DNA of 63,998 nucleotides, filler included, from Pirum gemmata (Eukaryota): NCBI GenBank assembly GCA_002812295.1. It is 9 parts of 9 records of this genome, joined end to end, with 100 filler letters (N's around TTAATTAATTAA, not from the genome) between each part and the next. Parts side by side here need not be neighbours in the genome. Positions count along the whole stretch, not along the records: positions 1 to 7,196 come from PDIN01000167.1; positions 7,297 to 14,524 come from PDIN01000168.1; 7 more parts are not named here. One strand, 5' to 3'. Shown piece by piece: positions 1 to 11,023 of this stretch (position 1 is its first letter; each line of letters starts with the position of its first letter). The notes under the pieces were generated by a model. It saw only the letters and a program-made list of their open reading frames with translations, ran no database searches and was not told where the DNA came from. The position numbers and the translations under genes were made by a program.

Positions 1-1150
1 ATTGTTATTGTTATTGTTATTGTTATTGTTAATATCATTGTTAGAGTTGGTATAATTGTTACTGTTATTGTTATTGTTAGTCTTCTTATTATTCTTATGG
101 TTGTTATTTATCGTTATTATCGTTATTATCATCATTATTGTTATCGTTGTTATCTGTTATTATTATTATTATTACCATTATTACCACTATTATTATTATT
201 CTAGTTATTATTTTGATATAAGATGTACATCATCTTAGAATTATACTTATGTATATAATTGAAAATCAATTATATAATTATAATTTATAATTATTGTGTA
301 ATTATTATGGCAATTATTATTCTTGTTGTTATCATTGTTATCATTACCATTGTTATAATTAGTATTGGTATTATTGTGAATAAGAAGAGTACCATATCAA
401 ATTTATATATATATTGAACAGTAATGGTATTGTTATTGTTGTTATTGTTATTATTGTTATTGTTATTATTGTTATTGTTATTATTGTTATTATTATTGCT
501 TTATTGTTTTTGTGGAAATATAGTTGCCATAGTTATTTTGTTATTTTTGTTATTTTTTTTATTTTTGCTATTTTTTGTTATTTTTGTTATTTTTGTTATT
601 TTTGTTATTTTTGTTATTTTTGTTATTTTTGTTTTTTTTTTTATTATTTTTAGTTATGACAGCTATGATAGTATTATTGCTGCATCTCTTATTATATTAT
701 TATTATTATCGTTGTGGTGGTGATGGTGGTGGTGTACCATTACTGTTGTTGCATTTGATGTTGTTGCTGTTGTTGCTGTTGCTGTTGCTGTTGTCACTTT
801 TGCTGCTGTTGTTGCTGCTGTTGCTATTGCTATTGCTGTTGCTGTTGCTGTTGTTGCTGTGTGGTGGTGGCGGCGGTGGTGGTGATGGTGGTGGCGGTGG
901 TTGTGGTGGTGGTGGTGGTGGTGATTGTAGGGTTGGTGGTGGCGGTGATTGTAGGGTCGGTGGTGGTGGGGTGTTGGTGGTGGTGGTGATTGTGATGGTA
1001 GTGGTGATGGTAGTGGTGATGGTGATTGTGGTGATGATGATGATGACGGTGGTGATAATGGTGGTGATGGTGTCGGTACTGATCATGCTGATGGTGGTGC
1101 TGATGGTGCTGGTGCTGTTGCCGATGGTGGTGCTGATGGTTAAGATTTAA
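1..1150. repeat. Compound trinucleotide microsatellites (TTG/TTA, GCT/GTT, GGT/GAT), probably intronic to the talin-like gene
   Basis: Pure low-complexity runs; ORFs here are homopolymeric. Confidence 0.85.
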
Positions 1151-1314
1151 TAACCTGATGATATATCCCAATGCTTTACAGTACCATCACAACTACCACT
1201 CACTATATTTTTTCCATCATGAAAAACAGTGGTTACTTCAGTAAATACATCCGTAGATAACACATTTAAACATAATCCCGATTTAGCGTCCCAAACTCTC
1301 TAACAACAACACAA

Positions 1315-1352
<38 letters not shown>

Positions 1353-1501
1353 TAATATATATGGATAATAATAATAATAATAATATATCACTATTTTTTC
1401 TTTTTATTTATAGTGTTATTTGTAAATATATATTACAGATTTTTTTTTTTCTTTCTTTTTTTTAATAACGTATATTTTGTTCATATTTATTTTGTAACCA
1501 G

Positions 1502-1920
1502 GTTTGGTTTCTGCCGCGAAAGAGGTTGGTGGTGCTACACATTTATTATGTGATGCAGCCAATGCTTGTGTCCAAGGTACTCCAGATTCTGACCTTCAAT
1601 TAATAGCATCAGCTAAAGCCGTCAGTTCTTCAACCCAACGCTTATTACATGCATGTAGATCGCGTTCTGAAAAGAATAGTAAGGCTATGAATAACCTAGA
1701 TGAAGCTGGCGCTGCTGTTCGTAAAGCTACAAACGCTTTAGTTAAAGCAGCTCAAGAATCTAGTTCTTCTGGTACTGATGTACAAGATGAGATTAATACA
1801 ATGAAGAACAAATTGGGTTTGGAAATGAATTTGCAAGTGAAAATTCTACAACGTGAAAAAGAAGTTGAAACTGCCAGAAAAGAGCTGGAGAGATTTAGAA
1901 AATTGCAATACAAGAAATAA
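1502..1920 (+). CDS. Last exon of talin-like protein: I/LWEQ (THATCH) actin-binding domain plus dimerisation helix
   Basis: T-rich tract and CAG acceptor ending at 1501. (G)LVSAAKEVGGATHLLCDAANACVQG..LIASAKAVSSSTQRLLHAC..LDEAGAAVRKATNALVKAAQ..REKEVETARKELERFRKLQYKK* aligns by eye with the talin C-terminus. Sla2/HIP1R share the domain and are not fully excluded. Confidence 0.88.
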
Positions 1921-2174
1921 TTGGGTTCCTCGATTTTTTGATTTAATGTATTTTTTTTTAAGTGTTGGTTGTTGGGAAGGAGAGGGGGGGGGATGTTGAA
2001 CATTCGCCCCCACATTTAATCATTTTCAGATAAGAAAAAGGTTATGGGTTCGGAAACGAAGTCAAATAATTTTATTTGTGTATATATTATATATTATACG
2101 TTTTAGCATTTTTTTTTCAATTTTATTTGTGTGTGTATTTTATATTATACGTTTTGGTATTTTTTTATTATATC

Positions 2175-2402
2175 CGAGAAAACATAATCGAATCAAACAG
2201 CTCGATCTTAGTTATTAAATAGTGACAATTTTAAAATGATTTTCTTTTTTTTTTCGAGTTTCAAGTTCTTTCTGGGAAATTTCTAAGAATTTTTAAGAAT
2301 TTTTTAATGAAATCAAAAGTGAGTCAATACTTAAAATTACATCGAAAAATTTATAAAGCTTCGAACCAGGCTCGATTCATTTGTTTTTCCCACATCTCCC
2401 AG
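2175..2402 (+). mobile_element. Dispersed MITE-like repeat (family J); second copy on the opposite strand at ~29975-30155
   Basis: Shared AAACATAATCGA(A/G)TCAAACAG..AAATCAAAAGT(G/A)AGTCAATACTTAAAATTA..CTCGATTC..TTTTCCC(C)ACATCT; imperfect inverted ends. Confidence 0.6.
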
Positions 2403-2436
2403 TGTATATACATATAAATTAATAGCCAAATATTTT

Positions 2437-2494
<58 letters not shown>

Positions 2495-2681
2495 AAAAAT
2501 AATAATAATAATAGTACTTATACTAAAAATATAAGCAAAAAATAGGAACAAAAAATAAAACCTTTAAAAATATAATCAAACTTAAAAAGAAAAACAGATA
2601 GTACGAACAAAATTTTAAAAATTAAAAAACAAACAAACAAACAAACAAACAAACAAACAAACAAACAAACAACTTCAAATC

Positions 2682-4385
2682 ATGTTCATGTCTAATATTT
2701 CCGAGATAGCGATTGCATTCATCATTAGTAACAAAGGCTTAAGTTCCGCTACACCAACAGCAAACGAAACCTTAAACTTAAACACTGCCACCTTAGAAAA
2801 TTTGGAAAACATTAAAGTACAAGGTGTTCTAGACGAAAAAACTCAAATTATTAAATTTTATGATATCCCTTACAGTGATCAGTTAGGCCAATTTAGAAGA
2901 TTTCACAAAGCTACTGAATTAAGTTCATTATCTAAAGTTGACCAGAACCATAATATTCTGAATAATTTTACCAACTATGACTCAGAAAGAAAGTTTTATA
3001 ATGCCAGTAATCCATTGAACAAAACCTGTGCACAGATATCGCCTCAAGGGGGGCAGTTGATGGGTGAAGAGGATTGTCTTTACTTGGATATAAGTGTACC
3101 TTTGGTAGCGTTAAGGGGTGATGTAAAACTACCAGTATTCTTTTCTATTCATGGAGGTGCAGGAGTTATAGGAGATAAAAACTCAGATTATCGACCTTTT
3201 TTAGCTGCAAACAATAACAGATTTATTGTAGTTCAAATCAATTATCGACTTAACGTTTTTGGATCTATTACTTATAACACGGAAAATAAAAACTACATGG
3301 TACAAGATCAAGCTATGAATGATGTACTTAAAGCGTTAGAGTTTGTGATAAAACACATTCCAAGTTTTGGTGGGGATATAGATCGTATTACTGTTGGTGG
3401 TGGAAGTGAAGGTGCAATTATCTGCAATAAAATGTTGGTCCGACCGGAATTCCAAAATAAATTCCAAAGAACTAGTATTATTTCTACCTGGCAAAATGAA
3501 TATAAGGTAGCTCACAACACTGCGGAGGGTTTGGCCCTTGTGCAGAATACTTTTAAAAATGTAACAAGTAATGATTTTTCAAGTATACTTTCATTAAGTA
3601 TGGAGGATACACTTACACAAGCAGCAGGCAACATTAGTGATTTCCATCCCATTACTTTTTTTGGGGATGACGCTGACCAGGATTATAAACATTATTTAGA
3701 CAATATTTTGACAAACGAAACCGGTAAATTCAACGCTAAGGACATCATTGTTGGTTCCCATCTTATGGACTCTTACGTCCAGATGCCATCCGAGAAAAAC
3801 AGTGAATTAGTGTTCGATAACTGCATGGGATATATGAAAGAAAAAGACATTGAAAATGGTAATAATTTTACCCACTCTTTTGAATGTGAAAAGTTCAATT
3901 CTATTAAAGACGAATTTCTCGAAAACGGAGGAGAAAATATGACAAAAGCAAAAGCCGTCGTTATGATTAGCGCTCATATTGCTAATCGGTGTAGTGATAT
4001 GTATGCTCGTCGCTCTTATGATAAAAAAAAGAGTAATGTGCATATGTTTTTTTACTCTGGAGCTGGATATAGTTCACACCATGGTAGTCTAAACAGCCCC
4101 TTGTTTAAACAGCAATATTCTGATGATTATAATAAGACATTGATGGCTAAAATGACACAACTTTGGGGTAATTTTTTGGCTTTCGAGGATATATCAGGGG
4201 ATTGGCCAGTATGGAACCAAAACAGTGATTTTACAGAATTGCACTTTACTCAAAAAGACGGTATTCTTCTTAATACTGGTTATGCTGCTCCTCATCCAAT
4301 TGTTAATGAAGTTAATTGCAGTAGTTTTGAAAATATCGATTCTTTTTGGAAATCTGATTCACAATTTTTATTACACAACGTATGA
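2682..4385 (+). CDS. Type-B carboxylesterase/lipase (alpha/beta hydrolase), intronless, 567 aa
   Basis: Motifs DIPY, EDCLYLDI, LPVFFSIHGG, VQINYRLNVFG, FGGDIDRITVGGGSEG (GxSxG; Ser codon 3405-3407), GSHLMD (putative acid), SSHHGSL (putative His), W..F..WPVW. Confidence 0.92.
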   Translation: MFMSNISEIAIAFIISNKGLSSATPTANETLNLNTATLENLENIKVQGVLDEKTQIIKFYDIPYSDQLGQFRRFHKATELSSLSKVDQNHNILNNFTNYDSERKFYNASNPLNKTCAQISPQGGQLMGEEDCLYLDISVPLVALRGDVKLPVFFSIHGGAGVIGDKNSDYRPFLAANNNRFIVVQINYRLNVFGSITYNTENKNYMVQDQAMNDVLKALEFVIKHIPSFGGDIDRITVGGGSEGAIICNKMLVRPEFQNKFQRTSIISTWQNEYKVAHNTAEGLALVQNTFKNVTSNDFSSILSLSMEDTLTQAAGNISDFHPITFFGDDADQDYKHYLDNILTNETGKFNAKDIIVGSHLMDSYVQMPSEKNSELVFDNCMGYMKEKDIENGNNFTHSFECEKFNSIKDEFLENGGENMTKAKAVVMISAHIANRCSDMYARRSYDKKKSNVHMFFYSGAGYSSHHGSLNSPLFKQQYSDDYNKTLMAKMTQLWGNFLAFEDISGDWPVWNQNSDFTELHFTQKDGILLNTGYAAPHPIVNEVNCSSFENIDSFWKSDSQFLLHNV

Positions 4386-4560
4386 TTGTAGGTGTAATAA
4401 AATAAGAATAAGTGGTCGGGTGGTTGGTGACTAATAATTGGTAGCTTGTGATTGGGATTTTATTAGTTATTGAGTTATTAAATGATATATAACATGAAAA
4501 CTATATAAAATAAAATCATAATTATACTGCAATTATCATATAGTTCATAATCATCCTCTT

Positions 4561-4591
<31 letters not shown>

Positions 4592-4645
4592 ATAATATTA
4601 TATGTTCATTTTCAAATATTTTCCTAAAGTTTTCATTTCCAGTTA

Positions 4646-4910
4646 CAAACTGGACCCCTCTGAATCCAAACTAAACCCCTTTCAATCCAAAATAGACCAC
4701 TCCGAATCCAAACTAAACCTCTCTGGACCCAAACTAGACCCCTCTGAATCCAAACTAGACTCCTCTGAATCCAAATTAGACCCTTAGAACTCCCTTAGAA
4801 CCCACAAAAAAAATTTACCACAGATATTTTTTTTTTATCCAAACCAGACCTCTGAATTCAAACTAGACCCTCTTAATTCAAATTAGACCCCCTCTGAATT
4901 CAAACTAGAC
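4646..4910. repeat. 21-bp minisatellite (CAAACTAGACCCCTCTGAATC): ~7 copies, then ~3 more after a gap
   Basis: Direct tandem units visible at 4646-4785 and 4840-4910. Confidence 0.85.
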
Positions 4911-4947
4911 ACAAAAAAAAATCCTGTAAATCATTATACTTTAGAAA

Positions 4948-4979
<32 letters not shown>

Positions 4980-4989
4980 CACATACACT

Positions 4990-5020
<31 letters not shown>

Positions 5021-5693
5021 CATCATACACCTATTTTTTTATTTTATATTATTCTTTTTTTTTAAAAAAATTAACCATCAATCTTTTAACAAAATAACAA
5101 CAAGCAAGCAAAAGCATTCAAATGACCCAAAAAACAAGCATTTAAGTTCAATCATCTTTGGTATTATTGTGATACAAAGTGTAACCGAATTTATTGACAA
5201 CTAATTTATGATAGCTACCCCAAGCCTCTAGTAGCTAGTAAGTAGTAGCCACAGGGCTCTAGAAGCTGTTAAAACACTCTTATTAGTTTAAAACACTCTT
5301 ATTATATATCATATATATATTATATAATATACAGTTACAAATATTTTCCTATTTTTTTTCTTGAGAAATTTTATTTATTTATATTAATATTTTCTTTGAA
5401 AAAAAAAAATCCTGTTTTCCTCAAAAGAGAGGAGGAAGTGTATGCAGGATACAAATTTAAGTTATATAAGTAGAACGCGAAGGAACAAAAAGTAAAAAAA
5501 ATGGCACCTTTGCAGACGCTAGGAAACCAATTGAAAATTGATAATGTTGCAAACCAAAGCAGTTGAAATAATTTGGTTGAAATAATATTAATTATATGTA
5601 AATTCCAGATGGGTATTAATAAACTGTTAAAAGTCTACCCAAGTATAATATTATAGCGGATTTTATATATACTACTTTGATTATATTATATAA

Positions 5694-6967
5694 TTATTGC
5701 AATGGGATGATCTCACCCTCAGAAGGGGCGCTATCGTTGGGACTATTTCCAAAAGTTCCATCGTCACTTAAAAATCGATACTCATATTGTACATTCTCAA
5801 TGGTAACGGTCCCGCTCATAACGTAAGCAAAGAAATTTCCAGAACGACTATATGGGGAATCATTATTATTGACCGTGCAACTATATTTCATCGGAGAAGT
5901 AGCAGTCATCATTTCAGCAATAGCGTTAATAATCACAGCTTGATTTTCTTCAGATATTCCATAATATTCCTTTAATAAATATATATATTTATATATTATA
6001 TCAGATGAAATAATTATATATATAGTATTAATATATAATATATATATAATATTATACAGATAATTCAAGTTTTAATTTTTTAATTTGTTTTTTGTTTTTT
6101 GAATAATGATTTAAATGATAATAATGATATCGATAACAATAATATAATAATATAATAAATTTGTACCCTTTTTACCTTCAGGATACAAGTACGTTAAAAC
6201 ATTGAGAGAAAATAATATATATTGTATTATAATATATAAATAATACAATAATTAGCATAATATAAAATTACCATATTTCTAGTTATTTCATCAGAACTAG
6301 CTGAAGCTTTGATCCCAGAAAAGGGTTTAAAAAAGCTAAGCGAACCCGAAGCCGATTTATGGGTTTGCTTTTCATGATAGTATTCTTCTCTCTTACTTGC
6401 ATGAATGGCTGATTCTACTAAACTTTCAATATCCTTAACATTTTGGCTTGATAACACCGGAAAATTCAAAACGATATCAATTTGAGCAACAGAGCGTCCA
6501 GGAACTGTAAAACCAGCACCGCTAATGCTTCCTACACCTTGTCCTACAACAGTCATGGAACTACCGGTAGATTGTCTTTTGGAACGGGTAGATTGGCTTT
6601 TTTCTGGAATAATCATTAAAAAATCACCTATTTTTACTTCGGTATCTTTTGGCAATGGGGAGGTTGCCTCGAGCTCCGGTTGGATTGGGTGCTGTGGCCT
6701 AGGGCTAGCCGGTGGGATCGGAGCTTCGGGTTCGGGTTCGAGCGGTTGAATCGGGTGCTCTGGTCTGGGGCTTGACGTTGGGTTCAGGGCTTTAGGTTTG
6801 GGTTCAGACTGTACAGGTGGTTGGATCGGGTTTTTAGGTGTTGGGTTCGCGAGGGGTAAAATAGAAATTTTTGGAGGTAAAGGCTGGGTTGGCTTAGGGT
6901 AAGCGTTAACATTGATGCTGTTCACCGCAATAAGGGCAGAAATGAAGATTCGTGTAACGCAGATCAT
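5694..6967 (-). CDS. Two-exon secreted pro-protein, ~323 aa: signal peptide, Pro-rich pro-region, RSKR site, ~190-aa globular domain
   Basis: Exon1 6967-6272 ends ..RNM|GTAATT; intron 6271-5970 ends TAAAG; exon2 5969-5694 starts EYYGISEEN in the same phase 0, joining two listed ORFs. Confidence 0.85.
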
Positions 6968-7196
6968 CCTTTTTGGTTTTTGGTTTGAAAATTTTATCTG
7001 TTTCTTTCCTTTCCAAGTTGGTTTGTTATAGTTTTGTTTTTGTTTTGTTTTTGTTTTGTTTATATATATAATATGTTAATTAACGTTGTTTTTTATCTTT
7101 TTGTATATTATGTTTTTGTTTATGCTTTTGTATGTGTTTTTGTTTTGTTTTTGTTATTGTTATTGTTATTATAGTTATTATTGTTATTGTTATTGT

Positions 7197-7296
7197 NNNN
7201 NNNNNNNNNNNNNNNNNNNNNNNNNNNNNNNNNNNNNNNNTTAATTAATTAANNNNNNNNNNNNNNNNNNNNNNNNNNNNNNNNNNNNNNNNNNNN
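7197..7296. other. Artificial contig linker (44 N + TTAATTAATTAA + 44 N); also at 14525-14624, 21840-21939, 29201-29300, 36430-36529, 43699-43798, 50993-51092, 58324-58423
   Basis: Identical 100-nt spacer with six-frame stops, repeated 8 times at ~7.2-kb intervals. Confidence 0.99.
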
Positions 7297-7828
7297 ATTT
7301 ATTTATTGATTTATTGATTGATTGATTGATTTATTGATTGATTTATTGATTTATTGATTGATTGATTGATGAATTAAATAATTAATTAATTTATTTATAT
7401 TATTTATCCATTTATTCATTTATTGTTGGAACATTTATTTACTCATTTATTATTACTATTGTAATAAAAAATTCCGAATTCAATACAGGGAGAATTGAAC
7501 TGTGTTGATTTTGAAAATTCTTTTATTAATGAAAAAATAAAAAAGCAAAAAAATTAAACGAAAAATTAATAAAAAACAAAATATCAAATAAATATATAAA
7601 ATATAATAAAAAAAAAATAAAATAAAAAGAGGGCGATGTATTAAAAAAATCACATCTTGCTACTAGCAAGGGCTAAAAGAAAACATTTTGTTTTTGGTTT
7701 TTTGGTTTTTCTTTTTTGTTTTGATGTATGATTGTCTGCACACTGAAAAAAAAAACAACTTAACTTTATCGGTACTTAACTACCTTGGTTTTATGTATTA
7801 TGATCACTAAATAATGAGTTTTTTCTTT

Positions 7829-9226
7829 TTAATATTCTGTTTCAAATTCGTATTCATACTCTGACTCCGAGTCTGTACTCGAATCGCTGTAATCATCGTC
7901 ATAATCATACCCATCATCAACATTATTATCGCACTCAATACCATTATTATCATTAGCATCACTGAAGTCAACATGATCATTATGCTCTGTGTAAGTACGA
8001 TTGCAACAACTAATACAATCATTACTATTACTAAAATATTTAAAGTATACACTATTCTCCATATCTAACCCATTCTCTTTTTCCTTTTCTAATTCATAAG
8101 ATAAATTTTCTAGTTGAAATCTAAAATTTTCAACTTCCAAGTGTTGTCGTTCATTCATTAAATGTAAATTGGCTTCCATTTTATTCAAACGTAAATATAA
8201 TTGAAGGAGCCCTAATTTAGCTCTTTTGAAAATTCGCCGTTTGTCATCTTCATGCAAATTCAAAAATTGTTTACTGTCGGGGTGGACATTCATTTCATTC
8301 AATTTGAAAAAAATTATTTCGGATTTAATCGCACGGCGTTCTTTGATTGTTCGTTTATTATTTCTAAAACGACGATTATATTCGTCTACACCATATGTAG
8401 AGATTTTATTAACTATGTCATTGAAACTGACCTTCTTTTTCGTCTTAATATTATTAGTCTTATTAGTACTGTTAATGTCAGTATTGTCACACTTTTCACA
8501 GCTATTCTCATCATTTCTCATAAAAAGAAAATAATGATAATAAACATCACTGTTAAATTTCACTTGCTTGGTATTTTTAATGCATGTATTATTATTATTA
8601 TAAATACCACTATCGCTACTGTTAGTGGTATCAATAAATAAAGAGCTTTGCTGCAATAGATTTGGAAGACTACTATTTCTAACTAAATGGTTTTCTCCGT
8701 TTTTATTATTTTTAGGTTTTTTAGTTTTATTGTTAACCTTGTCAAAATCAAAGAAAGGGTCATTTTCAGAAACGTTACCTTTAATTTTGTTATTGTTATT
8801 GTTGTTATTGTTATTGTTATTATTGTTATTGTTATTGTTATTGTTACTATTGTTATTGTTACTATTGTTATTGTTACTATTGTTATTGTTATTGTTATTG
8901 TTATTGTTATTGTTATTGTTATTGTTATTGTTATTGTTATTGTTATTGTTATTGTTATTGTTATTGTTATTGTTATTGCTGTTATTGTTGATGATTCCAC
9001 CACGACCACTACGGGCTGGTTTGCCTTGGTTTAGAAGTGCTCGTAATATGTTATTTTTTACTCTAAATAGCTTATTTCCACTAGGTTGAGTATCATCTTG
9101 TATTTTTCTTTTTTCAAACTTGTAGCCACCGCCTACATTTTTTTCCATCTTCCCTTTACGACCCATTTTGTTTAATTTTTGCCCAGTTGAGTAATCCAAC
9201 GTTTCTCGCTTAAAAACTAGATTCAT
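7829..9226 (-). CDS. Poly-Asn protein with a Phactr/Bni4/Afr1-type PP1-binding module, coiled coil and acidic tail (465 aa)
   Basis: Long ORF. KKVSF (RVxF)..STYGVDEYNRR..RAIKSEIIFFKLNEMNVHPDSKQ resembles the Phactr/Bni4 C-terminal consensus (DYDRR..AIRKELNEFKxxEMEVHxxS); second RVxF-like KQVKF upstream. Confidence 0.78.
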   Translation of the reverse strand: MNLVFKRETLDYSTGQKLNKMGRKGKMEKNVGGGYKFEKRKIQDDTQPSGNKLFRVKNNILRALLNQGKPARSGRGGIINNNSNNNNNNNNNNNNNNNNNNNNNNNNNNNNNNNNNSNNNNSNNNNSNNNNNNNNNNNNNNNNNNNKIKGNVSENDPFFDFDKVNNKTKKPKNNKNGENHLVRNSSLPNLLQQSSLFIDTTNSSDSGIYNNNNTCIKNTKQVKFNSDVYYHYFLFMRNDENSCEKCDNTDINSTNKTNNIKTKKKVSFNDIVNKISTYGVDEYNRRFRNNKRTIKERRAIKSEIIFFKLNEMNVHPDSKQFLNLHEDDKRRIFKRAKLGLLQLYLRLNKMEANLHLMNERQHLEVENFRFQLENLSYELEKEKENGLDMENSVYFKYFSNSNDCISCCNRTYTEHNDHVDFSDANDNNGIECDNNVDDGYDYDDDYSDSSTDSESEYEYEFETEY

Positions 9227-9559
9227 TTTTAATTTTTTTTAATATTATTATTATATATTTCATAAAACATAATCATAAAACTATTCATATTGTTATTCGT
9301 TATTAAAAAATATAATAATAAAAAACTCTCCCACATGAAAACAACTTTTTTATATATATAATAATAAAATATTATAATAACAATAATAATAATAATATTA
9401 TAAAAATTAAAAAAAAAAAAAAAGTTTCAAAAAAACAAAAAAAAAAACAAAACAAAAAACAATCAAAGTGAACAGGCATGGTTGAATTTATACTATTTTT
9501 TTTTTTTTGTTCTTTTTTTCCCATAAAAAAACAACAAAAAAAATATATATATATTATTA

Positions 9560-9735
9560 TGGTACAAACCATGTAAAAACCTCCATCTTTTGGTGTTTCA
9601 CTAAAATATTTACTTTTCAAGCATAATTATTTTATTAATTATTTAATAGATTCGAATTATCAAATGTTAAAAAAAGGTAGGCGAACTTTTAATAAATGAT
9701 AAAAAACGTTGGTCGTTTTTTAATTACTTGCACCA
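9560..9735. mobile_element. MITE family H (TA-flanked, TIR TGGTGCAA); related copies ~9816-9915, 27937-28100, 54064-54242, 62628-62744
   Basis: TA|TGGT(A/G).. / TTGCACCA|TA ends; shared internal CACTAGAATTT..TTTCGAACAAAGTAAT..AATAGGTATT. Confidence 0.6.
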
Positions 9736-10292
9736 TATTAGATAGAACTACTAGCTAGCTAGCTAGGCCGTCTAGCTAGATTATTTATTTTTTTAAAAAA
9801 AAAATAAATTATGACCCTATGGAAAAAACTTCCAACTTTTGGGTCTCACTAGAATTTTTAGCTTTCGAACAAAGTAATATAATAAGTATTTTTATAGGTT
9901 TGGAATTTTCGATATAGTAGCTAACTAGCTAGCTAGAAAATAGACTACTCTAGCTAGCTAGCTAGAGCAGCTATCGTAGTAGTCTCTAGCTAGCTAGCTA
10001 GCTAGCTATCATGCTTTTCAGTTATTTTGTCATCATAAAATATACAATAAATAGTACCCAATTAATACCATATAAATCCATTTTATTTAATTTGGTATAT
10101 TATATTATCTATTTATTCATTTAAAAGTGACAATTTAAATATTATAACCAGCCAAATAAATAGTCTATAGTTTCGAAATTTCCTGTCGAAATTTCATGGT
10201 GCTATCTAGTAGCTAGAGTAGACAATGTTAGCTTCCAGCTACCGGGCTAACTGTCGATAAGTCACACGATTTCTTTTTTTTTTTTGCTTAGA

Positions 10293-10437
10293 GGGAGTGT
10301 TCAAATACTACGTAACGACAATTTCCGGTCAAATACAGCTTCAAATGCCCCTACCTACCTACCCCTTGACGTTAATTTCCAGTCAAATACCGCCTATCTA
10401 CCTACCCCTTGACGTGACGTATTATTTGAATGTTCCT
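10293..10437 (+). mobile_element. MITE family A copy (~145 bp, Zator-like)
   Basis: GGGAGTGTTCAAATACTACGTAACG start; two internal CCTACC(C)..TTGACGT repeats; TATTTGAATGTTCC end. Confidence 0.85.
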
Positions 10438-10836
10438 CTAGAGAAAAGAAATGATTTCTATACTATCCTATTTCTACATAAGTGACGTAATAATAAATTA
10501 AGTGACGTCATATACAACATGAGTGGACCCCTCGAATACAAGTGGTTATAGACTCTATATATATATAGTTTTATCCAGCCTGGCTACTTTCGAGAAATGA
10601 CTTATATCAAAGAATAAGTGACTTTCTTTATGTGTATGGGGATGCAAACAATAATAGGTATGATACAATAATGTTTTAACTAGCACAAGGTTGTAATTGA
10701 TGATAAAAAAGTCAATGTTGATAATCTTTAAAATTAGGCATTATTTATTATTATTATGTTTATTGTTAATAATAGTGGAAAACTAGATTAACGTTACATA
10801 ACCAGGTTATGAGTACCCTCTTTCTGATAATATTAT

Positions 10837-11023
10837 CCGTGCTTTTCAGTTGTTTTGTCATCATAAATATACAATAAAGAGTACCCAATTAATATTATAT
10901 AAATCCATTTAATTTAATTTGTTATATTTAATTATCTATTTATTAATTTATTAAAAAGGTTGACTTAAATATCATAACCAACCAAATAAATATTCATAGT
11001 GACAAAATAAATGAAAAGCACAG
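10837..11023 (+). mobile_element. MITE family B (~185 bp, TA TSD, Tc1/mariner-like). Other copies: 10009-10161, 11685-11849, 12052-12236, 14055-14190, 24353-24547, 28720-28806, 31728-31911, 39703-39889, 42687-42873, 53365-53550, 56734-56918, 60150-60271, 60748-60930, 61419-61596
   Basis: TIR T(A/C)GTGCTTTTCA(G/T)TT(G/A)TTTTGTCA; TA flanks on several intact copies; conserved AT-rich body. Confidence 0.88.

Noticed and set aside
56..1171. Poly-L/V/G/H/Q/P ORFs (also 11228, 15249-15982, 27146-27829, 52827-53274, 54694, 55528-56128, 58059)
   Set aside because: Translations of stop-free microsatellites with no complex sequence
3807..4434. Antisense or alternate-frame ORFs over real genes (also 5787, 6525, 8226-9089, 25419, 44559-45229, 51562)
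   Set aside because: Shadows of the better-supported CDS
4646..4910. CRISPR-like regular repeats (also 36210-36410 and MITE A internal repeats)
   Set aside because: No unique spacers, no cas genes, eukaryotic context
7197..7296. TTAATTAATTAA palindrome recurring every ~7.2 kb
   Set aside because: Artificial six-frame-stop linker inside N runs, not biological
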